Positions 22,101 through 29,813 of a stretch of DNA of 57,950 bases are shown here, one piece after another (within the stretch, counting starts at the first letter, position 1; each line of letters starts with the position of its first letter). The stretch is from a virus. Taxonomy: Duplodnaviria; Caudoviricetes. The DNA is taken from positions 1 through 57,950 of IMG/VR virus record IMGVR_UViG_3300029787_000042; one strand, written 5' to 3'. Under the pieces are notes generated by a model that worked only from the letters and a program-made list of their open reading frames with translations, did no database searches and had not been told where the DNA came from. A program made the position numbers and the translations under genes.

Positions 22101-22481
22101 GGAGATGTCATTTTAGAAGATGTAACTTGGGGAGAGGATTTTGCAAAGATAATAGGGTTTCCTTCTACCAGATATACCTTCCAACAAGATTTTGCTAGAG
22201 TAGAGAAAGGCATGCAGAAAGCCATAAAAGAAAAAAAATCAAAATTACAAAAAAGGTATTTTGTTGCGGAGAGATTTGGAGATTGGGATGAACTATCAAA
22301 GGTTGTGGATGAGATGGATGAATTTAATATTAAACATCCTAGTGTAGCTATAACTCTAGAATCTCTTGAAAGGTCATTAAAATCTCACGAAAGAACTTCA
22401 GGAGTTATGCAAGGAGGAGTTTTGTATAACCCTAAACTGGAAGAAGAAAGACAACGCAGACTAGATGAATATAAGAAATAA
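16146..22481 (+). CDS. Large polyvalent/internal virion protein with zincin-like metallopeptidase (2111 aa)
   Basis: LLHEATH...EEFVAE zincin motif; YFPLVREG resembles the PLxRFG domain; Gly/Ala-rich hydrophobic N-terminal region; last gene of the late arm. Confidence 0.75.
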   Translation: MALYEVQGPDGVVYEVEGPEGASDSQLINALQMHLGSTSVSPVPTPVSSPTSKRKTFEELKQEELDKIRSRRIIEPEDTGFFENLALGTGAGFVGTGESIALGAATVLEEEAETEARKKIQEAFEQYTPEGGDKDSFAYGLGSALGSIGGFGLGSAAIAGTAGLAGLSAPAAAVAGGLGVAALGVGASRGEQSERARAAGASVEEREDAVNSVLINIAGASEAIPLTRLFRTVDIPMLGKVIDNIGPKKTEGIGATLYNAGLTGGIEGIQEVGQQIAQNLTEQEYNALAKTFEGTGESFTYASIAAGLLDLFFGRRKRADITRDDASTDPLSSFTKDEDIEGLLPAPSDDILVSPTGEAFTREQEEEVRRSQERSRREQEAEDEITLGDMPSAAVRIPREQRDLFPEELEQAERTSPTEISDVEIADAMAERAAEEERTRRIEDDDQIKEQPDVIDEVRYSDFQDRTIAERTAAEDIELAEMQRQEDAAKEADDLEIQRMVIADEDKAGLQDIEAQIKERRPSDPQQPALKDVQRKQRTRRRPQTLADTVAEPRTLDSAPEIADVGKILKDANISEATQALIPDSLKTKPKQRLNATDTGDVFTPPRKTPKKATTPKQVKTEVEAPVDISSDIRGSIEFPTAVPRGAEFTNPNDVTAINTLLNKKIPRDEKGVEQTAQTYLKRFKRPADAFTAIAFEIAENTPKFRAQKDTPTSEKAKFAGTGGFNTKATLQWIENNLSPDAKTEIDRRIVEQQKESTKVEKDVTTRAKQEQEGTKIKQRDTKTAIAVDSATDGKAKVVGTSKPKKKAERVVKETPRAERKLSKEEQELARVAEIVERVQGKRGKNAKPALDRTMPPAKLKEKLATDTQKFLDAGGEIDVLNLKVTPETIVELDSDIPKSVITLLRSGDIKGALEELAKVSTDKRVKQIAKALANNMGTTKIKIGKLGEDTLGQFDPKNNTITLDSTNGMTIHTLLHEATHAATMSVLSNKGHPVTKQLQKLYDSVLPLLDTTYGATNLEEFVAEVFSNPTFQHRLSQITTKGESISALQKFLRVITNFIRSLIGMDTKPVDSALDSADASIEAILYPSPETRNIGAFYNLTPKGIQKILDKVVEGGRSLSKNIKERKELSASGKRSFFNQFLDFLSGTSPDIAKNLLLGFSNTLVLGEVAREAGFKNLVIDMHEAFLRGRRRIAKSNEEVYKLLEKVDGLLASENKLKGLLNKIALSTEYGATIYQVDPRLTETEATKRYGKDPEKMRVWKAQRGDWNALGEKGQEAYILLQEHYKKKYEELKATINGELENLMLASESKDSTPTEQQKANVKAATDSLKTQVYNKLFESAELEVYFPLVREGDYKLSYRVKEPAIKGGTDYVVLMFGSEKERKVAEAALKKESNVINSSIEKQDPETQLYKAFDKAPSSSFVAQTLQILNANNISKDTQSQVLKLFVESLPQTSFAKSLQKRQNIEGFIPDVFDGVRIKGISLGHQIARLQTNNELKRIYQSIEDTAWQESNPVPEKEFNRLKLEVGRRVNFAIMGAKNKNIENYARLANQIAFLYTIATNPSSAIIQTAQVPMIVYPLLGARYGYGKAEEAVREGARLAMGSADYISPKMDDNYNVSDTGEFTVKKEVIEKIRKAFKGRPKKADRIIAEIENLIPLVKASLEYSALHRGYVADQLNLDEYVSKPSPKGLALKERGESTLNYITSKGAIPFTAADKFNRQTTLIATYNLVLKDMNDSKAAGKKYYSHREGKMMTVPATRSEAMRQAARDANHFADRSNGGTVIETGARYAQQDLRRVAMMYKNYGLAMNYLMIRSIFRSLDGQVDAKARRVAAKQILGITLASIFFAGVRGAPFIGMAILIADQFLEPDEEDAETIMRKTLGEMAYKGPVSYITGVDVSTRLKLNDLFIQENRFSQDDSLEEQAFRYVGGPAWSTAKRFYRAGQDARAGNYVRAIEGTVPQGITNLVTVFRQRFLEDGMKTRRGDVILEDVTWGEDFAKIIGFPSTRYTFQQDFARVEKGMQKAIKEKKSKLQKRYFVAERFGDWDELSKVVDEMDEFNIKHPSVAITLESLERSLKSHERTSGVMQGGVLYNPKLEEERQRRLDEYKK

Positions 22482-22515
22482 AAAACCCCCTACCGTCTCG
22501 GCAACGAATAGGGGG
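22480..22515 (-). terminator. Intrinsic terminator at the convergence of the two arms
   Basis: CCCCCTA(22486-92)/TAGGGGG(22509-15) stem with an A6 tract on its left, giving a U-tract on the minus strand. Confidence 0.65.
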
Positions 22516-22549
22516 CAACGGGGAGTAAATCTGAACTATAGAAACTATA

Positions 22550-22777
22550 TCATAGAGTACGCCACACACGCACACCTAATTTCTCGTTTTCAGTTCTTAC
22601 TCTAAACTCCCCGGTCCAAGACTTATTCTTGAATATCTCCTTAACTTGTTTTAGTGTCTTATCTGTATTTACACAAGGTACAAAGACAGAAGCACCTATT
22701 ACCATGTTATCCCAATTAACGACTATCTTTACACCATCAGGATTGAGGTCGTCAATCTTCAGCATGCTCTGGCCCAT
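22550..22777 (-). CDS. Small conserved phage protein, possible DNA binding
   Basis: WDNMVIGASVFVPC...GVRVWR; overlaps the primase 3' end. Confidence 0.65.
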   Translation of the reverse strand: MGQSMLKIDDLNPDGVKIVVNWDNMVIGASVFVPCVNTDKTLKQVKEIFKNKSWTGEFRVRTENEKLGVRVWRTL

Positions 22778-25571
22778 CTATACTTACACCAGAACAGTCT
22801 ATAGCTATGACCCTAGTAGCAGGTAGTTGAGTAGACGTGCCTTTAGTAAGTCTTATTACTACTGGTTTGGCATTCATCTTTTCTTTAAGGTCTTGAATAA
22901 AAGACCCGTAGTTTATCTGTTGTTTGCCGCACCATTTCTTTAATTGTTTTGGTACTAGGTATGCCATCTTAGTATCTGTTTCATACCTACCTACTAACCT
23001 AACTTTAGGATCTAACTCAGGTATGATTAATCCATCAAGACCGTTATCCTGACCTTTACGTAAATCGTCAGTGCTTTGGATTTTTAGTATGCTACCCCAA
23101 TGCTCGTGGATATAACTATTTAAAGTATCGTGCACAGGAGTGTTCATATCGCTAACGGCCCTCATATTTTCTGCTAATAACTTTAACACGTAGGCTTTTA
23201 GCTTTTTCATATTGTAGTTAACAAGCCCTAGACGTTTAGCTATTATCAATCCTGTAAGCGTAGCCGCTACCCCTGCTGACCAAAATCTATTCTCAGAAGT
23301 TAAGTTAGCTTCCTTATCAATCTTTATTTGTACTCTTTGTAGTAGAGCTTTTACTTCATCTAAATTATTAATTATAAACTGTATATATATCTTACCTGCT
23401 ACACCATGCACTTTCTTGATCCTTGCTTGGTGTGCATCTGTTTCTTGCTTAGTCTCTGACTTTTTAAACAACTTAACAGCTTTGGTCTCTAATATCCTCT
23501 GTGCCTCTGCCCTCGGTATGGTTTTAAACATACTTACCCTCTCTATAAAACTTGTATTACCAGTGCTCACAGATAACAGGTTCCACGGCTTACCACGAAA
23601 CCTTTCTACATTACTACCACCTGACATTCTGGCACGTTGTTTACCTCCTGATAATTGGTAAGCTAACTGAGATAACACTTCACCACTAGCGTTAGTTAAC
23701 TCGTCAAGGTATAAAGGTAAGTTGTGGTAGACCTCCCCCCTGTTCATTGTAGAGTTATTAGTGTCCTTCTCCTGCATAACAAACCCATCTGGCTCTGCCC
23801 ATACCGATGCCCCTACGAACATGGCGGTAGTCTTACCTTCTCCACCTGTACCATGTATGTGAAACCCTGCGCAAGCTATAGGGGAGAACTCCATCAAAGG
23901 AGCACCGAAAGAAGTCCCTACTATGTATTGGTGTAATTCAAATCCTTCTCTATCGTAGAAGTTAGCCAATAACTTCCATTCATCTAAAGTTCCCTTAGGT
24001 TTAAACAAATCAAACAAACCTGCTGTAGCAGTAGAAGGGGGATTAGATCCTACCCTATCTCCAAATACTTCTTTATCCCCAATAACAAATGATTTGTATG
24101 TATCGTCTGTCCAACCAAATTGTCTGCGGGCCTCATCAGCTACATTAGTAGCCTGTAACTCGTTTACCCATGCTGTTGTATAAGCCATAAGATCGTCCAT
24201 TTTAGTCACTGCCACCCCCTGCATAGACATTTGTTTTCTAAATTCATCACGGGAAGTGACTGCTGTTAAAGGTATTGTAAACTCTCGCACACCATCTACA
24301 GGCAAATGTAAACGCATGACTATAGACTCGCCTACTTCTTGATCGCGTATACGTTTTGTAACATATAAATCGTTATGATATATAAGTCTTTCGTCTATCT
24401 CGCCGTCAGAAGTTTTAGTTCGTAGGTATATACCTCCGTTAGCCCCTCTAAAATAAGGTTTAGGGTATGTAGGTATAGAGTACGTAGCCGTATCACCAAA
24501 CTCATCTTCAGAATCTACAAGAACTTCTACCATATTATCTTCTTTGCTAGCCTCTACCACAGTGCGACCTAGCAATATGGGGGACTTAATTTTGCCCCAA
24601 TGTTTACAATCAGTACATACCTCAGGGTTGAATTCATCAAAAGAAGTACAAAGATACGGCCCTTTTATGTTTTCTAACTTGTCTGCGGTAGCTTCTGGAG
24701 AATAATTAGGATGTTTTTGAGATATAAACTTAGCTCCACTGACGCCGTCAGAACAAAACTTTGCTATTGATAACCCTGCCCTCCACAAAGGCTCACTGCA
24801 ATTTTCTTGGTCAGTGGCTATTATTTTTATCTGCTCACACCCTACACCTGCTATAGTTTTTTCAATGATAGTCTTAAATTTATTATCGTTGTTTTTTATT
24901 AACGCCTCCCTAAACGCGCTAACCCCACCTTCTATCTTTGTAGGAACTGGTATCATATCCATACCAAGTAACTCAGCAAACGCGTCAAAGTCTACAGGCT
25001 TGGGTACATCCCCTACAAAGTAGTCAACAGGAGAAGGAGGGCTAGTCTTATAGTTATGTGTCTTAGGCACTCGTAGTATTCTAGCGGCATCAGCAGTCAC
25101 TGCGGGATCTGCCAAGAGTTTGTGAGTACCACATAACTTCTTTAGGTGTTCTGCTACAGGAACCCAATCAAGTGGAGATACATCTTCAGAGAGAAACCAA
25201 TAAGCATGTACGCCTCGTCCTGAGTTTATAAGCATAGGCTTTGGTAAAGAAAGAGTATTACAAAATTGAGATAATGCTTTTATTGCTTGGTCTTGGTCGG
25301 GGTAGTCTTTGGTAACACCGCAGTCAAGATCAAGGAAAAAAGATTTAAGTTTGTTTACGTTGTTAACTTTACGTGAGTTATCTTCGTTGAATGTTGCTAA
25401 GGCAAAGTAAGTATCATAGCCTTGAGAGTCTAATTTTTGTGCCGCGTCTACCACATGATCTATAGAAGAATAAAACTTTTGAACTCTCCTATCATCTTCT
25501 GTGCGAAATGCAAACACACAGTAGCGACCTTCACTACTAAGAGTATTCTGCAAAAAAGTTTTAGTATCCAT
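22752..25571 (-). CDS. Primase-helicase (RepB/AEP-like primase plus DUF927-type helicase)
   Basis: FFLDLD, SGRGVHAYW and RILRVP primase motifs; Cys cluster; Walker A GTGGEGKTT; Walker B LYLDE. Confidence 0.85.
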   Translation of the reverse strand: MDTKTFLQNTLSSEGRYCVFAFRTEDDRRVQKFYSSIDHVVDAAQKLDSQGYDTYFALATFNEDNSRKVNNVNKLKSFFLDLDCGVTKDYPDQDQAIKALSQFCNTLSLPKPMLINSGRGVHAYWFLSEDVSPLDWVPVAEHLKKLCGTHKLLADPAVTADAARILRVPKTHNYKTSPPSPVDYFVGDVPKPVDFDAFAELLGMDMIPVPTKIEGGVSAFREALIKNNDNKFKTIIEKTIAGVGCEQIKIIATDQENCSEPLWRAGLSIAKFCSDGVSGAKFISQKHPNYSPEATADKLENIKGPYLCTSFDEFNPEVCTDCKHWGKIKSPILLGRTVVEASKEDNMVEVLVDSEDEFGDTATYSIPTYPKPYFRGANGGIYLRTKTSDGEIDERLIYHNDLYVTKRIRDQEVGESIVMRLHLPVDGVREFTIPLTAVTSRDEFRKQMSMQGVAVTKMDDLMAYTTAWVNELQATNVADEARRQFGWTDDTYKSFVIGDKEVFGDRVGSNPPSTATAGLFDLFKPKGTLDEWKLLANFYDREGFELHQYIVGTSFGAPLMEFSPIACAGFHIHGTGGEGKTTAMFVGASVWAEPDGFVMQEKDTNNSTMNRGEVYHNLPLYLDELTNASGEVLSQLAYQLSGGKQRARMSGGSNVERFRGKPWNLLSVSTGNTSFIERVSMFKTIPRAEAQRILETKAVKLFKKSETKQETDAHQARIKKVHGVAGKIYIQFIINNLDEVKALLQRVQIKIDKEANLTSENRFWSAGVAATLTGLIIAKRLGLVNYNMKKLKAYVLKLLAENMRAVSDMNTPVHDTLNSYIHEHWGSILKIQSTDDLRKGQDNGLDGLIIPELDPKVRLVGRYETDTKMAYLVPKQLKKWCGKQQINYGSFIQDLKEKMNAKPVVIRLTKGTSTQLPATRVIAIDCSGVSIDGPEHAED

Positions 25572-25586
25572 TATTCACTACCTAAG

Positions 25587-25643
25587 TCCGAGAGATAGTG
25601 TAGCAGGGGTGCCGTCGCACCCTTTTCGGAAGTTCCTAGCTAC
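25587..25643 (-). ncRNA. Candidate pseudoknotted cis-regulatory RNA before the primase RBS
   Basis: GTAGC/GCTAC stem enclosing a GGGTGC-GACG-GCACCC hairpin; TCCGA/TCGGA crossing helix. Confidence 0.45.
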
Positions 25644-25662
25644 GTGAAGTGTTGATAAAAGG

Positions 25663-26361
25663 TTAGTCGTCCCACTCATCAACGATTGAGGCCAAGTCCT
25701 TGTCGGCTTCTTTTGGCGCTACTGTTTTTGTTTTAGCGACCTTTTTTGGCTCTTTTACTGGAGCAGGTTCATCTTCAAAAACATCGTCACTTACTTTAGG
25801 TGTAGGTTTAACAGTTTTAAATGGATTATCACTTGCCTCCATTTCAAATCCATCTACTGCACTAAACGGTGATGCAGACTCCAATGGTACATACTTAACA
25901 ACCTGTACTGCGCGTAATCGGATAGATACACCTGCTTCACGCATATAATACGGATAAAATGTTACCGCTACATTGCCTGTACTGCCAGTAGTCAGTTTAA
26001 AATCTTCAGGCAGTTCGGTGCTCTTAGCATCATACTGTTTAGGCCGTGCTGTAGCATCTTTACCATACGCCGCTTTAAGCACGGCTTTACCTACATAAGT
26101 TCCATCTTCTTGTTTATCAAATGGAAAGTCAATCTTATCAGGCCAATTTTTTTCTTTAGCCGCTAAATAAGATTCTGTCATCTTCGCATACAAAGCTTTG
26201 GCTTGATCTTTCTCCATGCGAAACTTTGTTTCATACTTTGCCCCATCATCAAATGGATCACACGGCACACTTTTACCGTTCTCTCCTGCCGCAGAATCAA
26301 ACTTATACGGCTGATTAATACGTGGATAAAGTATTTCTACATTTTCAATAATATAACTCAT
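25663..26361 (-). CDS. ssb: Single-stranded DNA-binding protein (T7 gp2.5-like)
   Basis: LTTGSTGNVAV...GVSIRLRAVQV OB-fold-like motif; acidic tail ending VDEWDD. Confidence 0.7.
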   Translation of the reverse strand: MSYIIENVEILYPRINQPYKFDSAAGENGKSVPCDPFDDGAKYETKFRMEKDQAKALYAKMTESYLAAKEKNWPDKIDFPFDKQEDGTYVGKAVLKAAYGKDATARPKQYDAKSTELPEDFKLTTGSTGNVAVTFYPYYMREAGVSIRLRAVQVVKYVPLESASPFSAVDGFEMEASDNPFKTVKPTPKVSDDVFEDEPAPVKEPKKVAKTKTVAPKEADKDLASIVDEWDD

Positions 26362-26379
26362 AACATAAATCCTTAGTTT

Positions 26380-27063
26380 TTAGTTTGCATCTACTTCAAA
26401 ACCATCTACTACTCCAAACGGAGACACAGAGTTGTTTACTGGTGATACATCTAAAGTAATAGCTTTTAATGTATCTGAATGATTAATCATTTTTCGCACA
26501 GTATCTAACTCCATAGCCCCAAGAGAACGCACAGGCTTGAAATAAAGTTTTGGTACAACACTTCTCTCGTCAAAATACATTCTCGTAAGAACGTTTGTAG
26601 CTACAGCGTTACGCCCTGACAAGAACTTGACGTAACCCTGCATGGTCATGTGCCCACCATGCCCTTTACCATATATAGAAGTAGCAGGTAATTGGAGTTG
26701 ATATACTTCATCTAACTTATCCTCAAACGCTACTGCTAGGCGTTGCGAAAACCTACACGCACGTCCTCCATTACTACCCGAACCGCGTATATTTTTTGCA
26801 CAATCTAGACAACGATTAGATTGTTTTTGTTCTTTGGGGACATCTACAGACGGCCTCTGTGTATCTGCTGACCAACATAAAGGAAACGCAACCTTGTTAG
26901 GGTCGTATGCATCCTTATAGTAAGTACGAGACACGGGAGCCGCATTCATAATAACAATATCCCTAAAGCTATCTATATTCGTGTTAACTTCTTTACCGCT
27001 AATAATCTCACTAAATCTGCTACCACGAATACTAATTCGACGTAGGCCAGAGCCTTCATCCAC
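26380..27063 (-). CDS. Cys-containing replication/recombination protein, putative ssDNA binding
   Basis: RRISIRG, CWS, CxxC..N..GSG...RACRFSQRLAV, QLQLPATS motifs; replication-cluster context. Confidence 0.6.
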   Translation of the reverse strand: MDEGSGLRRISIRGSRFSEIISGKEVNTNIDSFRDIVIMNAAPVSRTYYKDAYDPNKVAFPLCWSADTQRPSVDVPKEQKQSNRCLDCAKNIRGSGSNGGRACRFSQRLAVAFEDKLDEVYQLQLPATSIYGKGHGGHMTMQGYVKFLSGRNAVATNVLTRMYFDERSVVPKLYFKPVRSLGAMELDTVRKMINHSDTLKAITLDVSPVNNSVSPFGVVDGFEVDAN

Positions 27064-27320
27064 TAGATGTCCTCGTCAGTAAATGCTTCGGTAACTAAAT
27101 CCGCAGTATTTTCTGAGGCATCAAGACTTTCAAAATCCACACTTTCTTCTTCAGGTTTCAACGCATTGGTGACATCACTTATCCTAAATCTATAGGTGTT
27201 ACCAACTTTTAAGTAAGCACTTTTAGGTATATGCTGTTGCCGTATCCAAGCGCGAATGGTTGATATTGATACTGAGAAGTGCTTTGACACTTCTTCAATA
27301 GGTACAAATTGTTCACTCAT
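27063..27320 (-). CDS. Excisionase/MerR-like HTH DNA-binding protein
   Basis: IEEVSKHFSVSISTIRAWIRQQHIP...KVGNTYRF winged-HTH signature. Confidence 0.82.
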   Translation of the reverse strand: MSEQFVPIEEVSKHFSVSISTIRAWIRQQHIPKSAYLKVGNTYRFRISDVTNALKPEEESVDFESLDASENTADLVTEAFTDEDI

Positions 27321-27727
27321 TACTTTTTCCTTACCGCTATCGCGTATTCTGAATCTACATTAAGACCTTTAGGTACAAGGTCAGGGTTATCTTCTAAGAA
27401 CTGTCGCACATTAGCTTGATTTAGCCTCTTATCAAAAAACTCAGGTACTTCATTATCTAAAATAAATTCATACATAGATTGCCAATCACTAGTCCAGTAT
27501 CGAGTCTTAACAGACCTATAAAATAACCCTGCTGAAGTCCTAACACTTTCTAGTCCCTGATCTTCACAGTATGCAAGTAACGCCTTCTTTACTTTGTTCA
27601 ACTGCTTCACTAGTACATCATCTTCTTCTTTAAATGACGCGGATAACTCCGCACGTTTTGCCTTTATTTTAAGATAGACCTCGGTAAGCTTCTCTGCGTT
27701 AGGTTCATCTACAATCTCTTCGCTCAT
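27320..27727 (-). CDS. Conserved phage protein with coiled-coil N-terminus
   Basis: GGAGG RBS; YLKIK...ESVRTSAGLFYR...DW pattern. Confidence 0.7.
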   Translation of the reverse strand: MSEEIVDEPNAEKLTEVYLKIKAKRAELSASFKEEDDVLVKQLNKVKKALLAYCEDQGLESVRTSAGLFYRSVKTRYWTSDWQSMYEFILDNEVPEFFDKRLNQANVRQFLEDNPDLVPKGLNVDSEYAIAVRKK

Positions 27728-27757
27728 TTATTACCTCCACTAAGTGACGAGATCTTA

Positions 27758-27786
27758 ACTTTAATAGCGTTTATTGCTTTAGTCAA
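27758..27786 (-). promoter_or_regulatory. Putative sigma70 promoter
   Basis: Minus strand TTGACT-N17-TAAAGT, about 30 nt upstream of the 27727 start. Confidence 0.45.
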
Positions 27787-29314
27787 GTATTTCTTTGTAA
27801 AGGTCAATCATTTTTGTGTGTACGTCAATTCTGTTATCTAACAATGAGTAAACACGTTTCTCTGCATGAGAACCTTGTAGCTGCACAACGGTACATTTAT
27901 GATCTTGTCCTGACCTGTGTACACGAGCGTTAGCTTGAGCATATGTTTCAAGAGAACTAGTTGGCCCCCACCACACCACAGTGTTTGCGGCTGTTAAAGT
28001 GACCCCATGCGCGGCGGCTTGCGGCTGTATAACTAACACTTTAGGATTGTCTTGTTCTTGAAACCTTTTAAATATGTCAGTACGTTTTGGTGCTGATACG
28101 TCCCCACGTATGATTTCTGTTGTTATACCTTCGCTACGTAATTTATCTGTCAGTATGTCGATTACATGTTTAAAAGGTACAAATATTAATACTTTTTTAC
28201 TAGACTCATCCATTACTTCTTTTAATACTTTATAGCGGTGTTTTATATCAAACTCTAATGCATCTCCTTTGTCGGTGTACACTGCACCTGCTGATATTTG
28301 TAATAATTTATTCATGTTAACAGCCGCATTTGCCGCTGATATTTGTTCTCCTGCCGCTTGCATTACCATCTTACTTTTTAGTTCTTTGTAGTATTTATTT
28401 TGTTGCCGAGTCATTTCTACTTGACGTTTGACATATACCATAGGAGGTAGGTCTAAACATTCTTCTTTAGTAAACCTTATAGCAGGTTGCAATACTCTAT
28501 GTACGGTCTCGGTAGCTGTATCTTTGGGAACCCATTTGAAGTTAGTTACTTTACGCATTACTTGATCACGAAATGACCCTAAAAATCTAGGTACTTTGTT
28601 AGGGTTTACTAACTTAGCTAAACCGTACGCGTCTATAGGACTCTGCGCCGCAGGAGTACCTGTCATCATCCACAACCAAGTGTTAGAATTTATAACCCTA
28701 TTAAGAGTTTTCCACCTGTTAGTTTGTGGATTTTTGTAATGCGTAGCTTCGTCTACTATTATTAAGTCAAAGCCTCCATTTATTATAGTTTTCTCTACTA
28801 TGGCTAATCCATCATAATTTATTATTACATACTCAGAACCGTTGTTTATAATCTCCTCACGTTTTTTAGCAGATCCATAAGCTACATCTACCGTACGGTG
28901 CATAGCAAATGTAAATAAATCATTACGCCATGCTGAATCCATAATTGATAATGGACATATCACTAACACTCTGTTTATTAAACCTTTGTCTAATAAAAAA
29001 TCAGATGCCCATATAGCACTAGCTGTTTTGCCTGTACCCTGTTCGTTAAAACAAAAAGACTTTCGGTTAAGTGTTAAAAATGAGGACGTTGTTTTTTGGT
29101 GATCAAATGGCGCGTGTTGTCCTGTCCATTGGTATGTGCGTTCTATGGGAGAGGGCGCTTTTATATTTAAGTTCCTAAGTACGTGCGCTTCTTCTATACC
29201 CCAATTAACTAATACTTTATTATTTTCTAATTCCTTGCTTTTAGGTATTACTGTGGTAACTTGTTTTGGACTACGTAATCTTAACAATAACGCCTTGTTA
29301 TCTACTATTTTCAT
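27779..29314 (-). CDS. SNF2-family helicase
   Basis: EQGTGKT, IVDEATH, MTGTP and QANARVHRSGQ motifs. Confidence 0.92.
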   Translation of the reverse strand: MKIVDNKALLLRLRSPKQVTTVIPKSKELENNKVLVNWGIEEAHVLRNLNIKAPSPIERTYQWTGQHAPFDHQKTTSSFLTLNRKSFCFNEQGTGKTASAIWASDFLLDKGLINRVLVICPLSIMDSAWRNDLFTFAMHRTVDVAYGSAKKREEIINNGSEYVIINYDGLAIVEKTIINGGFDLIIVDEATHYKNPQTNRWKTLNRVINSNTWLWMMTGTPAAQSPIDAYGLAKLVNPNKVPRFLGSFRDQVMRKVTNFKWVPKDTATETVHRVLQPAIRFTKEECLDLPPMVYVKRQVEMTRQQNKYYKELKSKMVMQAAGEQISAANAAVNMNKLLQISAGAVYTDKGDALEFDIKHRYKVLKEVMDESSKKVLIFVPFKHVIDILTDKLRSEGITTEIIRGDVSAPKRTDIFKRFQEQDNPKVLVIQPQAAAHGVTLTAANTVVWWGPTSSLETYAQANARVHRSGQDHKCTVVQLQGSHAEKRVYSLLDNRIDVHTKMIDLYKEILD

Positions 29315-29320
29315 TTATTT

Positions 29321-29532
29321 CTCCGATGCAAAAAAGTGTGAAATGGGTGTCCACGTCACACGAAAAGTTAATAGCCCTGCTTCGCTTCCCGATAGGGCTA
29401 GGTCGGGATGATAGGATAAGCACCTCAAGCTACCTGATTTTGTTGGGTTAAAGGAGAGAATATATAAGCTCCAAAACAATCTAGGGGTAGAGATCGTCCC
29501 AAACTATTTATTGACGCATCTAGGTAAGCGTC
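29321..29532 (-). ncRNA. Candidate ~210-nt structured RNA leader before the helicase
   Basis: H-type pseudoknot (TAGCCCT/AGGGCTA crossing TCCCGA/TCGGGA), several hairpins and alternative long-range pairings in a 229-nt intergenic gap. Confidence 0.5.
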
Positions 29533-29543
29533 CACACAAAAAA

Positions 29544-29813
29544 TTATTTTTTCTTTTTGTAATTACGACTTCGATTAGCTGATCTACTTTCTACTCTAAC
29601 ACCATCTTTATTACTACCCCCACGACTCAAAGCTTTGTTATGGCTTACATCTTTACCTTCACGCTTATCAGCCTTACCGTTCTTGTTAACATCTTTACCT
29701 TTCTTATCCATCTTGCGCCTAGCTCGTTGTCTTTCCATACGAGCCTTATGCTCTTTAGTACCCTTAGGAGCATTGGTTTGTTTCTTGCGATCTGCTTTAT
29801 TTTTGTACGGCAT
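29544..29813 (-). CDS. Small basic HNH-like protein
   Basis: KDVSH.KALSRGGSN...V.SRSANR degenerate HNH motif; very K/R-rich. Confidence 0.7.
   Translation of the reverse strand: MPYKNKADRKKQTNAPKGTKEHKARMERQRARRKMDKKGKDVNKNGKADKREGKDVSHNKALSRGGSNKDGVRVESRSANRSRNYKKKK

Noticed and set aside
25587-25643. HDV-like ribozyme
   Set aside because: Helix order is similar but P3 is 6 bp with a 4-nt loop, and P1.1, P4 and a convincing J4/2 are missing
27063-27320. Excisionase as evidence of an integrating prophage
   Set aside because: No integrase, att-like duplication or flanking host DNA seen; the fold is also a common stand-alone regulator
29372-29408. HDV-like ribozyme suggested by GCGAA before a 3' helix
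   Set aside because: No P3/L3 or P1.1; fits a simple H-type pseudoknot
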